DNA of 64,000 nucleotides from an uncultured Gammaproteobacteria bacterium (GTDB lineage Bacteria; Patescibacteriota; Microgenomatia; UBA12405). Shown here piece after piece: positions 20,986-30,529 of this stretch. The stretch covers positions 25,196 through 89,195 of the forward strand of contig CAYUVY010000001.1 of NCBI GenBank assembly GCA_964448465.1. The letters run 5' to 3'. The notes under the pieces are model-generated. The model was not told where the DNA came from and ran no database searches. It saw only the letters and a program-made list of their open reading frames with translations. Position numbers and translations under genes: made by a program. The stretch's first letter is position 1. Every line of letters starts with the position of its first letter.

Positions 20986-21955
20986 TAAAATAAGTCTTGT
21001 ACCATTTATAAATTTTTTTAACTACTTTCTCATAAGTATACAATCTTTTCCAACCTAGCATTTTTTTAGCCTTTTCATCATCTAACTTTTGGTATGCTAA
21101 TTCGTTTTTTGCATTATCCAAAATACTATACTTCAATTTTTTACCCAAGACACTTTCTGATAATCTTATTAAATCAATTACACTAAGGGAGTCCTCTGAG
21201 CCAAAATTAAAAGCTTCACCTTTAATATTTTCGATCTTAGACCCCATCAACAAATAACCATTTACCACATCATCTACGTACAAATAATCCCTTACTTGTT
21301 TGCCGTTGCTCCTTAACTCTAATAGCTGATTTAGGCAAAAACTTTTCATAATTGCTGGTACTATCCTAGAAAAGTATAAATCACCTTCTCCATATATATT
21401 ACCAGCCCTAGCTATGGCAACAGGTAATTGATAGGTTTTCCAGTAAGTATGGGCAATTAAATCAGCACAACTCTTAGATACATCATAAGGATGATCGCCC
21501 TTTAGGGGGTCAGACTCCTTATATTTATCCCCAGACCTTAGTGGCCCATAGGCCTTGTCCGAGGTAACCACTACAATTGCTTTAATTCTAGGATAATTTC
21601 TGGCAGCCTCCAGTATATTAACTGTCCCCATTATATTAGTCTCTAGGCACTCTTTTGGGTTAACATAAGCCACACCCACAATTGGTTGAGCAGCTAAATG
21701 AAAAATATAGTCAATCTCGGCGCCAGTGATCAAATTAAATAAGCCATTGTAGTCTCTTACATCTAAATTTTCCAAAACCAATCTTGGAGAATGCATCTTT
21801 ATGAGGTCAAATTTTATTAAATTATCCTGCTTATAGGTACAAACCACGCTAGCCCCCAAACTTAGTAACTTTCTTACTAGGTTACTCCCCACAAAGCCGG
21901 TACCCCCTGTCACCAATACGTTCTTGTTAAGATACGCGTCCCTTAAAGTTCCCAT
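20978..21955 (-). CDS. rfbG: CDP-glucose 4,6-dehydratase (RfbG/DdhB-like)
   Basis: TGGTGFVG, HLAAQ, TSDKAY, PYDVSK, RAGNIYG; located between rfbF and rfbH. Confidence 0.82.
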   Translation of the reverse strand: MGTLRDAYLNKNVLVTGGTGFVGSNLVRKLLSLGASVVCTYKQDNLIKFDLIKMHSPRLVLENLDVRDYNGLFNLITGAEIDYIFHLAAQPIVGVAYVNPKECLETNIMGTVNILEAARNYPRIKAIVVVTSDKAYGPLRSGDKYKESDPLKGDHPYDVSKSCADLIAHTYWKTYQLPVAIARAGNIYGEGDLYFSRIVPAIMKSFCLNQLLELRSNGKQVRDYLYVDDVVNGYLLMGSKIENIKGEAFNFGSEDSLSVIDLIRLSESVLGKKLKYSILDNAKNELAYQKLDDEKAKKMLGWKRLYTYEKVVKKIYKWYKTYFNE

Positions 21956-22707
21956 ACCTTACCTTTCTCATCTACAATTTTATTTAAATCTTCAAGCTCT
22001 TTGTATGTGTCAACAGCATACCAAAAACCAGTATGCTTAAATATTGCCAACTGTCTATCTTTAGCCATTTTATCCAAGGATACAAAGTCCATTTCATCTT
22101 TAGAAAAATATTTTAAAGCTTTTCTCTTATAAACCATAAATCCAGCATTTGTCCAGTCTGACATTATGGGTTTTTCTTCAATTTGCACAACAACTCCCTT
22201 CTCATCAACATGAATCTTGCCGTATTTTGACCTAGGATGAGCACACAATACTGTACCAGCCAGTCCAGTCTTTTTGTGAAACTCGTGAAACTTTTTAAAA
22301 TCTACAGAAGCCAAGCCGTCAGCATAGCAAACCATAAAATCTTCGTCCTCCTTGGGAATATATTTGGCGCACATCAAAATTCTTTCTGCGGTTTTTGTAT
22401 AACTACCCGTAGCTAATAAGGTAACTTTAAAATTTAAGTTAAGCTTATTAAAATATTTTATTTTACCTGTTTTTAAGTTTAGCTGAAGGTCGTTATCTCG
22501 TTGTTTAAAGTTTAAAAAATATTCCTTTATCTGGTTACCCATTAACCCTGTTGTCAAAATAAAATCATTGTAACCATACTTCATAAAATGATTCATAATG
22601 TGCAACACTATCGGCTTCCCTGCAACTTCCACCATCGACTTAGGTTTGAATTGTGTTTCTTCTTTTAGTCTTGTACCCGTACCCCCACACAAAATAATTA
22701 CTTTCAT
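21943..22707 (-). CDS. rfbF: Glucose-1-phosphate cytidylyltransferase (RfbF/DdhA)
   Basis: LCGGTGTRLKEET..PK, IKEYF, YADG, KHTGFW..DT. Confidence 0.9.
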   Translation of the reverse strand: MKVIILCGGTGTRLKEETQFKPKSMVEVAGKPIVLHIMNHFMKYGYNDFILTTGLMGNQIKEYFLNFKQRDNDLQLNLKTGKIKYFNKLNLNFKVTLLATGSYTKTAERILMCAKYIPKEDEDFMVCYADGLASVDFKKFHEFHKKTGLAGTVLCAHPRSKYGKIHVDEKGVVVQIEEKPIMSDWTNAGFMVYKRKALKYFSKDEMDFVSLDKMAKDRQLAIFKHTGFWYAVDTYKELEDLNKIVDEKGKVWEL

Positions 22708-22734
22708 ATAAGTTTAGTCAACAAATTAGGAAAT

Positions 22735-22743
22735 ATTATAACA
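22735..22743 (-). promoter_or_regulatory. Extended -10 TGtTATAAT for the rfbF operon
   Basis: + strand attataaca; hexamer lies 27 nt upstream of the rfbF ATG in the 138-bp divergent gap. Confidence 0.5.
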
Positions 22744-22811
22744 TTTACAATATCGAACACAATTATACTATATTTGGCAATTTGACCACACGATTAAAGA
22801 TAGAATAGAAA

Positions 22812-22820
22812 TGTTAAAAT
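22812..22820 (+). promoter_or_regulatory. Extended -10 TGtTAAAAT for the GT4/methyltransferase operon
   Basis: tgttaaaat lies 25 nt upstream of ATG 22846. Confidence 0.45.
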
Positions 22821-22845
22821 TGACCAATTAACTAGACAAGAGTTT

Positions 22846-23961
22846 ATGAAAATAGCATTTTTTTGTGCACCCTCCTTACTTAGTGGTGCTGGGGCAGAAC
22901 AATATATGATCAACATAGCAAAGCTAATTCACAATGAAAACCCCAAATACACTGTAGAAATCGTTACTCTAAACACTAATTTTATGGTATTTCTATCCAA
23001 AGTGTTAAACATTGTCTATTCTTTTGATTTTTTTTCAAAATTGAAGTTTAGACATACACGCGATGAAGTTAATAGTATGATAAGTCCTATACCTTGGAAA
23101 GAAATTTCAACTAGAAACATTGGTCTATTAAACGATTACGATATTATTTATACAAAAAACGAAATAATCGATTTATTTTTTTTAAAAATTGCAAAGTTAT
23201 CAAAAAATATTAAGGTTATCGTGGGAGTACATACACCCATCTACTACCCGCATCCAGAAAATTTATTTGGTAAATTACATAATTTCATCTATACATCCTT
23301 TATTTACAAGTGGTTAATCGAGAAAAATTGGATACTTCACACCAGCAATTCTCAAGATCTAAAATGTCTCAAAGAGTATAAAAATGTTTACATACCCTAC
23401 CCGTTTAATTTTAAGTTGAATTCCAATAGTATTGTAAAAAGGGAAATTAAAAATGTTGGATTTACCGGAAGAATATCCATACAAAAGGGAATACGAGTTC
23501 TCGTGTCTACACTTGAAACTGTGGCCCCAAAGTTTCCCAAAATAAATTTTTATATTTATGGATCGGGGGAAAAATGGTTAGAAAATAGCTTGCAAGAACT
23601 AAGCAATAAGTGTCTAAACATAAAATATGACGGCCACGTTTCACACCCAAAATTACTTACCAAACTAAAAAAAATTGATCTCTTGCTAGCACCAAGCATG
23701 TGGGAAGTCTTACCCTTTTCAGTGCTCGAAGCTCAGTCTCTGGGCATCCCGGTAGTCAGTTTTAATATCCCTGGACCCAAAGACATAATTATCAACCACC
23801 AAACAGGTGAACTAGTAAATTCGGAAATAGAATTTCAAAATACTAGTCAAAAGTTACTTAAGGGGGGGTATGTAGCATATGACCGCCAAAGTTATAATAA
23901 GCAAAAGCAATTTTTTGACCCAAAAAAAGTAAACAAACAAATCTTGAAACTCTTTCAGTAA
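22846..23961 (+). CDS. GT4 family glycosyltransferase
   Basis: SGAGAE, FTGR..QKG, EVLPFSVLEAQSLG. Confidence 0.88.
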   Translation: MKIAFFCAPSLLSGAGAEQYMINIAKLIHNENPKYTVEIVTLNTNFMVFLSKVLNIVYSFDFFSKLKFRHTRDEVNSMISPIPWKEISTRNIGLLNDYDIIYTKNEIIDLFFLKIAKLSKNIKVIVGVHTPIYYPHPENLFGKLHNFIYTSFIYKWLIEKNWILHTSNSQDLKCLKEYKNVYIPYPFNFKLNSNSIVKREIKNVGFTGRISIQKGIRVLVSTLETVAPKFPKINFYIYGSGEKWLENSLQELSNKCLNIKYDGHVSHPKLLTKLKKIDLLLAPSMWEVLPFSVLEAQSLGIPVVSFNIPGPKDIIINHQTGELVNSEIEFQNTSQKLLKGGYVAYDRQSYNKQKQFFDPKKVNKQILKLFQ

Positions 23962-23962
23962 T

Positions 23963-25126
23963 ATGAAAAATAAAAAACGAATTTTAATAAATTTTGTAAA
24001 CTCTGAACAACACCCATTTGCAGTCTGGAGCGAAAGAGTTAAACAACTAGAAAAGAAATTTAAGTGCACCATTTTGTGTAGTAAAAGTGTTCAGTCTATC
24101 ATCATCAAGAGAAAGTTAATTCCCAATGTTGATTTCATCACCATAGGTGAACTCGACCCCAATGATGAAAAAATAAAAAATAAAAACAGATTAGGCTTTA
24201 TGTATATTGCCCTAAAGAGGAACCTTATAGCTCTTAAATATCTGAATAAGTTACAGAATTTTGACGCAAGTTATAGCTTTTCTAGTGTATTGGACCTTAT
24301 CATAATTAATTTTATTCTAAAATTACAACGTAAAGATATTAAGTGGATAACCTATCTTGATAACACGGTTCCATTTACAGACAAAGGAAATAAAATGGTT
24401 AAATTATTAGCTTGGATATTCTTTAAACTTAGCTTGTTTATGATAAGAGATTGCGACCTGGTTTTTGTTATCTCCAATGATTTATTTAACTTCTTGGCAG
24501 AAAGGGGATTCCCAAAATCAAAACTAGCCCTGACTTCAAATGGTATTGAATACGATTCTATACAAATAGCAAAACCCAAAAAACAGTTCTCCAGCGACCT
24601 GGTATATATGGGAAGAATAAACGAAGCCAAGGGTATATTTGACCTTATAAGGCTAATTAGCTTGTTCAAATCCGAAGGTAAAAACTACAAATTGAGTATC
24701 GTTGGAGCAGGGGACAGAAATACTGAATCTCACCTGAAAAAAGAAATTAATAAACTTGGGCTTAAATCACAAATTAAAATTTACGGCTGGATAGAAGGTG
24801 TGAAAAAATACCAGATAATTAAAAGTTCAAAAATATTTATTTCCTTAAGTTCCAACGAAAGCTTTGGGGTAGCACTATTAGAAGGAGTATCCTGTGGTCT
24901 TCCTGCAGTAGCCTATAAACTGAAAAGCTATTTATCTATCTACAAAAACAACGAGGTACAATTTGCCCAAACTAATAATCTTGCTGAGATAAAAACTTTA
25001 GTTGAAAACATACTAAGTAATAAAAATTTCATAAATACTAAAGGAATAGAACTAGGAAAAAAATATTTTTTGCCAACTTTAGCCAAACAAGAATGTCGAA
25101 GAGTCAGTGATTGTTTAAACCAGTGA
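23963..25126 (+). CDS. GT4 family glycosyltransferase
   Basis: SNGI, YMGRINEAKG, ESFGVALLEGVSCG. Confidence 0.88.
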   Translation: MKNKKRILINFVNSEQHPFAVWSERVKQLEKKFKCTILCSKSVQSIIIKRKLIPNVDFITIGELDPNDEKIKNKNRLGFMYIALKRNLIALKYLNKLQNFDASYSFSSVLDLIIINFILKLQRKDIKWITYLDNTVPFTDKGNKMVKLLAWIFFKLSLFMIRDCDLVFVISNDLFNFLAERGFPKSKLALTSNGIEYDSIQIAKPKKQFSSDLVYMGRINEAKGIFDLIRLISLFKSEGKNYKLSIVGAGDRNTESHLKKEINKLGLKSQIKIYGWIEGVKKYQIIKSSKIFISLSSNESFGVALLEGVSCGLPAVAYKLKSYLSIYKNNEVQFAQTNNLAEIKTLVENILSNKNFINTKGIELGKKYFLPTLAKQECRRVSDCLNQ

Positions 25127-25154
25127 ACAATTTGTTAATATACAACTAAACTAT

Positions 25155-25667
25155 ATGTATCAAACAAATATCCAAAAACTAAACTTTGGCTGTGGAAACG
25201 ACATAAAGACCGGTTACCTTAACTGCGATATCGAAAAGTTTAAAGGGGTGGATGTTTGCTTTGATTTTAATGTTATTCCTTATCCTTTTAAGGCTAACAC
25301 TTTTAATTATATCTACTCTGACAATGTCATCGAACACCTGACAAACATCCCCTTGGTCTTAAAAGAGCTCCACCGTATTTCTAAAAATAATGCACAAATA
25401 CGCATCATTGTTCCCTATTACAATTGCTACGGTGCTTACAACGATCTTACCCATACCCATTATTTTAGCCATTTATCCTTTGAACCATTTTATAAGTCCA
25501 ATACCAGAGGAAATTATTTTATAAAAGAAAAATTCAAATTAGTTGAACTAAAATTAGTACCAACTAGGCTTGGAAAACTTATAATTAACAAACTTCGTTT
25601 ACCTTTGAGTTTTATTTTTGGACAAATATATCAAGCTATTGATATAACCATGCAAGTGTCAAAATAA
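25155..25667 (+). CDS. Class I SAM-dependent methyltransferase-like protein
   Basis: LNFGCG, NCD, VIEH, ELHRI, DLTH. Confidence 0.8.
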   Translation: MYQTNIQKLNFGCGNDIKTGYLNCDIEKFKGVDVCFDFNVIPYPFKANTFNYIYSDNVIEHLTNIPLVLKELHRISKNNAQIRIIVPYYNCYGAYNDLTHTHYFSHLSFEPFYKSNTRGNYFIKEKFKLVELKLVPTRLGKLIINKLRLPLSFIFGQIYQAIDITMQVSK

Positions 25668-26371
25668 TGATACCTTCCTTTTTATCCACATATTTTCTTA
25701 TCCACTACTACCTAAAAAGAGACTTGACCAAGATTGTCGAAAAATACCACATAAAAGGTAGCTTGATCGACGTTGGTTGCGGTCAAAAACCACTCCGCAA
25801 CATTTTTAGTAAATGTCCAACATATCACGGTATAGATTTTAAGAGTTATTCCACCACCAAAGATTTTCCAGTTAGTAAACCTAATTTTTTCTTTTCCAAG
25901 GGATATGTAAAATCACAAACCCTACCTTTTGTGAACAATAGCTATGAAAACAGCGTTTGTTTTCAGGTACTTGAACACCACCCAAACCCACAAAAATTAA
26001 TTTCAGAACTCATTAGGGTTACCAAGAGAGAAGGATACATCCTCATAACCGCACCCTTTCTTTACCCGCTTCATGAAGTTCCCAATGATTACCAAAGAAT
26101 CACAATTTATGGATACAAAGAACTTATAAAACTTCACAAAGATGCTCGCATTATAGAAATAGTTGAACAAGGAAGCTACTTTTCTGTTACAGCCATGTTC
26201 TACTCAGAAATTCTGAATAGCTTTGCTGCAAAAAGTGCCCTTGCCTACCTCATCTCAGCGATTTTCTTAATTCCACTGCTTACTTATCAATACCTAGCCC
26301 TAATTTTAGATAAATATTTTCCTACGCCAACTTTTTGCCTGAATTATTTGCTAGTAATTAGAAAATCATAA
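25667..26371 (+). CDS. Class I SAM-dependent methyltransferase
   Basis: IDVGCG, QVLEH, APFLYPLHEVPNDYQR. Confidence 0.85.
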   Translation: MIPSFLSTYFLIHYYLKRDLTKIVEKYHIKGSLIDVGCGQKPLRNIFSKCPTYHGIDFKSYSTTKDFPVSKPNFFFSKGYVKSQTLPFVNNSYENSVCFQVLEHHPNPQKLISELIRVTKREGYILITAPFLYPLHEVPNDYQRITIYGYKELIKLHKDARIIEIVEQGSYFSVTAMFYSEILNSFAAKSALAYLISAIFLIPLLTYQYLALILDKYFPTPTFCLNYLLVIRKS

Positions 26372-26382
26372 GTATTAGTAAA

Positions 26383-27216
26383 ATGAACAAATTAAGATCC
26401 GTTAATCCCTCCTTCTACAACAAGGTCTATTTTAAGGGCATAAATTTTGGCAAAGTTGACCCCAGAAAAACAAGTACCTACCCAAAAAAATACTTAGAAA
26501 TACTGAATATTTGCCCAATTAAATCAACAGATAAAATTGTCGATTTTGGTTGCGGCAATGGCCTGTTAAGCCTAATATTGGCTTATAAGAAAAACATTGA
26601 AGTTATTGGTATAGATTACTCCAAAGATGCCATAACTAACTCAATTGCCGCCCAACTAGACTTTCAAAAAACACTAGGTAGAACCTTAAAACTTAAATAT
26701 CTCCAGAGAGATAACCTACATCTACCTATGTTAAAAAATATCTCCATAGTCTATCTTTCAGATGTGGTTGAACACTTATACGATGAAGAATTAACTTATA
26801 TTTTTAATATTTTTAAAACCTGGGGTAAAAAAATTACAATAATAATTCACACAGACAATTCTTATTATTTAAAATTCGTTAAACCAATTCAAGATATCTT
26901 GGCACTGATTACCAGAAAAACCAGTATAAACAAAATCCTCTATGCAAATAATCTTAATGCAAAGTATCACATAAATCTTACGAACCCCCAAAAATTTAAC
27001 AAACTAATGTTTTTGAATGGATATAAAAATATCCAAATAATATATCCTCAAACCACAAAAGAAGCAATTATTCAACAAATGGGTCAACTGTCAAATATTC
27101 CCGGTGCTTATTGGTTAATACAAAGAATATTAAAAATAGACATTTTCAAACAATTACTTTCACCAGGGTTTTACGCCGTATACGAGCACAAAAATAATAA
27201 AAAAACTGTTAGTTAA
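26383..27216 (+). CDS. Class I SAM-dependent methyltransferase
   Basis: VDFGCGNG, GIDYS, DVVEHL. Confidence 0.85.
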   Translation: MNKLRSVNPSFYNKVYFKGINFGKVDPRKTSTYPKKYLEILNICPIKSTDKIVDFGCGNGLLSLILAYKKNIEVIGIDYSKDAITNSIAAQLDFQKTLGRTLKLKYLQRDNLHLPMLKNISIVYLSDVVEHLYDEELTYIFNIFKTWGKKITIIIHTDNSYYLKFVKPIQDILALITRKTSINKILYANNLNAKYHINLTNPQKFNKLMFLNGYKNIQIIYPQTTKEAIIQQMGQLSNIPGAYWLIQRILKIDIFKQLLSPGFYAVYEHKNNKKTVS

Positions 27217-28975
27217 TTTGTTTTAGTAAGTCTCTTGCCGGAGTAAAACCCGGATTAATATTCAATGATTGCTCGACTAGTTTTTTAGCGGAATCCCTCT
27301 TCCCTTGGGTCAGCTCATTAACTGCTTTCATATACAATCCTTGAAAATTGTTATTATCTAAACTTAACAATCGATCCAGTATCATGTCAACTAAGGGGTA
27401 ATCCTTTTCTGTGTATACAACCTGAGCCAAACTAAGATAACTTTGATATAAAGTTGGGTTTAATTTTATTGCCGTAAGGTAGCTATCTTTTGCCAGGTCT
27501 AGTCTACCCATTTTATAAAATATGTTTGCCCTATTGTGAAAGGCATCTGCATAATCAGGCTTAACCACCGTCGACTGAGTAAAACCCTTAACCGCGTTCT
27601 CATATTGTGCTAATTTATCGTAATCATCCCCAATGTTGTTCCAAGCATTATGAGAGTTAGGTGAGACCTGGCAAGTATTAACCCATAAATTATGATTGGT
27701 CTGCCAGTCAATATTTCTTAAGTAAATTCTAAAAGCAAACACACCACAAACCACAGTTAACAGAAAATAACCAAAAAGAGGCAATTTTGAGTTTAGTTTA
27801 TAAAACATTAAACCAAATATCAAACTAATCCCTAAACTACCAAAAAATACATAACGTTCAGCCACCATCCAACTTACCCTCAATGGTGACATGGCAATGC
27901 TGCTTGCCAAAAACGTAAATGCAAGGCCCCAAAATATAATTTTATTTTGTTTGGCAAAATAAAATAAACAAGCAAAATAGAGTATAAAAATCAACCAATT
28001 TAACCATACTGGATTTATAAATAAGGTGTGATATAGAGTTAAGTCAACCGGAAAAACTATCAACTGCAGATATTTTGATACTGAAGTTGGGTATTGCTCA
28101 AATGGATTATAAAAAACACTAACCGTCCCACTGTTAACTACCGTAACTCTCTCTTTAATAGCTGGAAAATAAAATGCAATCATAGTAAGAACCAGAAAAG
28201 TTACCATCAAAAAATAACTCAATTTGAGTTTCCTTGTAAATTGTCCAAACTCCCCAACTGAAAATTTTAAGAGTAGATACAAGAATATTGTGTTGGCGAC
28301 CCAAAATTTTACTGTAAAAATGCCAACAAAAAGGGCTGATATAAGGGAAATCAGATAAGTTTTACTTTTAGTTTTTTCCAAGTAGTAAAAAGACAAGACT
28401 ATCCACAAACTAGTTATAGCTAAATATAAATATGGCTTACCAGAAATCCAGGTAACTCCTTCTACGTGAACTGGTAAGACAGCGTAAATAACTAAAGATA
28501 GATTAGTAAGTTCCTTAGATTTCGTTATTAGATACAAGAAAACATAGCCTAAAACTAAGCTTGTTCCATACAAAAACAAACTAAACAGATGGTATGGCGT
28601 AGGGTTTTGATTGCCAAAAAGATGATAAAAAATATAGTAACCCACAGAAAGTAAGCTAAAATTTTCTCTAACATACGAAATATTCCCAACCTCACTATTT
28701 TGGTTCAAAGTAGCATAATCATCCGAGACAAAATTAGCGTTCATTCCGTTGGCGTATACAGCCACAACCAAAGCTAGAATAATCAACAAAAACTTCCAAT
28801 TACCCTTAATTATTTGCCAAATACTTTCCACTTTTTCTGTCTGTAAGCCCTGTACTCTTTCGGCCACAAACTCTTTAATATCATTTATGCCCGCACCTAC
28901 CTTTTTGGATAGTTCTTCAGGCGAAAGATGTGCATTTTGTAATACAAATTTACGCTTCTTTTTGCTTAAACCCAT
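27209..28975 (-). CDS. TMTC-like GT-C membrane protein with C-terminal TPRs (putative protein O-mannosyltransferase)
   Basis: FVSDD after TM1, PYHL, HVEGVTWISG, AERY, RNIDW..LW, then about 4 TPRs (AWNNIG, AFHNRA, YLSLAQ, LYMKAV). Confidence 0.78.
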   Translation of the reverse strand: MGLSKKKRKFVLQNAHLSPEELSKKVGAGINDIKEFVAERVQGLQTEKVESIWQIIKGNWKFLLIILALVVAVYANGMNANFVSDDYATLNQNSEVGNISYVRENFSLLSVGYYIFYHLFGNQNPTPYHLFSLFLYGTSLVLGYVFLYLITKSKELTNLSLVIYAVLPVHVEGVTWISGKPYLYLAITSLWIVLSFYYLEKTKSKTYLISLISALFVGIFTVKFWVANTIFLYLLLKFSVGEFGQFTRKLKLSYFLMVTFLVLTMIAFYFPAIKERVTVVNSGTVSVFYNPFEQYPTSVSKYLQLIVFPVDLTLYHTLFINPVWLNWLIFILYFACLFYFAKQNKIIFWGLAFTFLASSIAMSPLRVSWMVAERYVFFGSLGISLIFGLMFYKLNSKLPLFGYFLLTVVCGVFAFRIYLRNIDWQTNHNLWVNTCQVSPNSHNAWNNIGDDYDKLAQYENAVKGFTQSTVVKPDYADAFHNRANIFYKMGRLDLAKDSYLTAIKLNPTLYQSYLSLAQVVYTEKDYPLVDMILDRLLSLDNNNFQGLYMKAVNELTQGKRDSAKKLVEQSLNINPGFTPARDLLKQIN

Positions 28976-28981
28976 AGTCCT

Positions 28982-28989
28982 AGTATAAT
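28982..28989. promoter_or_regulatory. Bidirectional overlapping -10 boxes (TATAAT on +, TATACT on -)
   Basis: AGTATAAT in a 20-bp divergent gap; each hexamer is 6 nt from its ATG (28996 +, 28975 -). Confidence 0.72.
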
Positions 28990-28995
28990 CTATAC

Positions 28996-29796
28996 ATGCC
29001 TCTTGTGGTAAAAGAAATTATCAGCATATATAAGTACAGAGAATTATTGTACCAGCTCACCCTGCGCGAAATAAAGTCCCGCTACAAACAGTCCATTCTT
29101 GGCTATTTTTGGGTTATTTTTAATCCCTTGGCTCAAATGATTGTCATGAGCTATGCCTTTTCCATTATTTTAAAAGTACCCACCAACGCCACCTCCAACA
29201 TTCCTTATTCTGTTTTTTTATTTACAGCTCTTTTACCTTGGAACCTGTTTGCTAATTCTTTAACTTCAGCCTCCAATTCCTTGGTTACTAATTCCGGTTT
29301 ACTTACAAAAATATATTTCCCTCGCACTATCCTACCTATTTCTACCATTCTCGCCAAAATCGTCGATTTTCTCTTTGCTAGCCTAATCTATATTATTTAT
29401 ATGCTTTGGTACCAAATACCCATAAATTTCAATGTACTCTGGATAATTCCAATATTTTTTATCCAATTAATTTTCACCACTGGTTTATCCTTGTTCCTTA
29501 GTGCTACCAATTTACTATATCGAGACATTCAATACCTCCTAGGCTTAATCTTAACGCTATGGATCTACATCACCCCCGTCTTTTACCCTGCCGACCTAAT
29601 TCCCGCCAAAGCCAGGTTTATCTTTCAATTTAATCCCATGGCCGTGATTATCAACGCCTACCGCCAAGTTATCCTAGCCGGTGGGAACCCCAATTTCACC
29701 AGTCTTTGGATAGCTCTAGTAGTCTCTGTTACTACACTAATTTTGGCCTTAGCTTATTTTAAACAGCAAGAAAAAACCTTTGCAGACAATGTTTAA
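28996..29796 (+). CDS. wzm: Polysaccharide ABC transporter permease Wzm
   Basis: REIKSRYKQSILGYFW, KIYFPR, YRD, TPVFYP, NPM. Confidence 0.93.
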   Translation: MPLVVKEIISIYKYRELLYQLTLREIKSRYKQSILGYFWVIFNPLAQMIVMSYAFSIILKVPTNATSNIPYSVFLFTALLPWNLFANSLTSASNSLVTNSGLLTKIYFPRTILPISTILAKIVDFLFASLIYIIYMLWYQIPINFNVLWIIPIFFIQLIFTTGLSLFLSATNLLYRDIQYLLGLILTLWIYITPVFYPADLIPAKARFIFQFNPMAVIINAYRQVILAGGNPNFTSLWIALVVSVTTLILALAYFKQQEKTFADNV

Positions 29797-30529
29797 TCCA
29801 ACCCCCATCATCCAATTTAAAAACGTAACCAAGAAGTTCTCCTTTAACAAGCAGAAAACCTTCAAAGAATTTATCCCGGCCCTACTAGGTCAGCAAGAAA
29901 CCAAAACTATGTTTACAGCTCTAGATAACATCAGCTTCGAAGTATATCCTGGTGAAACCGTAGGAATAATTGGCCCCAACGGTAGTGGCAAGTCTACTAT
30001 CTTAAAACTAATTGCCAACGTCACTAGTCCCACCTCGGGAGAAGTTATTGTCAACGGCCGAGTCTCGCCATTAATTGAACTGGGGGCGGGCTTTCATCCA
30101 GATCTAACTGGGCGCGAAAATATATTTTTAAACGGCAGCATTCTTGGCCTAACTCAAAAGGAAATAAAGCACAATTACAAAAGTATTGTCGACTTTGCCG
30201 AGCTTGCCGAATTTATTGACCAGCCAGTCAAGCACTACAGTTCTGGCATGTATATGCGCCTAGCCTTTGCTGTGGCTGTACACACTAACCCACAAATCCT
30301 CCTGGTCGACGAAATCCTAGCAGTAGGGGACTCCACCTACCAAGCCAAATGCTTTAAAAAAATGGAAGAGTTCAAAAAATCCGGCGTAACTATCATCTTC
30401 GTCTCCCATTCTTTATCTTCTATTAGAAATTTTTGTGATAAAACAATATCTCTTAGCAAAGCAACAATAAAATATCAAGGTAAGACAGCCGATGTCCTAA
30501 ACAAAACAACAAGTCATGAACAAAGTTAA
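29789..30529 (+). CDS. wzt: Polysaccharide ABC transporter ATPase Wzt (no C-terminal carbohydrate-binding domain)
   Basis: GPNGSGKST, LGAGFHPDLTGREN, YSSGM, VDEILAVGD, VSH. Start moved to the ATG at 29789. Confidence 0.93.
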   Translation: MFNPTPIIQFKNVTKKFSFNKQKTFKEFIPALLGQQETKTMFTALDNISFEVYPGETVGIIGPNGSGKSTILKLIANVTSPTSGEVIVNGRVSPLIELGAGFHPDLTGRENIFLNGSILGLTQKEIKHNYKSIVDFAELAEFIDQPVKHYSSGMYMRLAFAVAVHTNPQILLVDEILAVGDSTYQAKCFKKMEEFKKSGVTIIFVSHSLSSIRNFCDKTISLSKATIKYQGKTADVLNKTTSHEQS

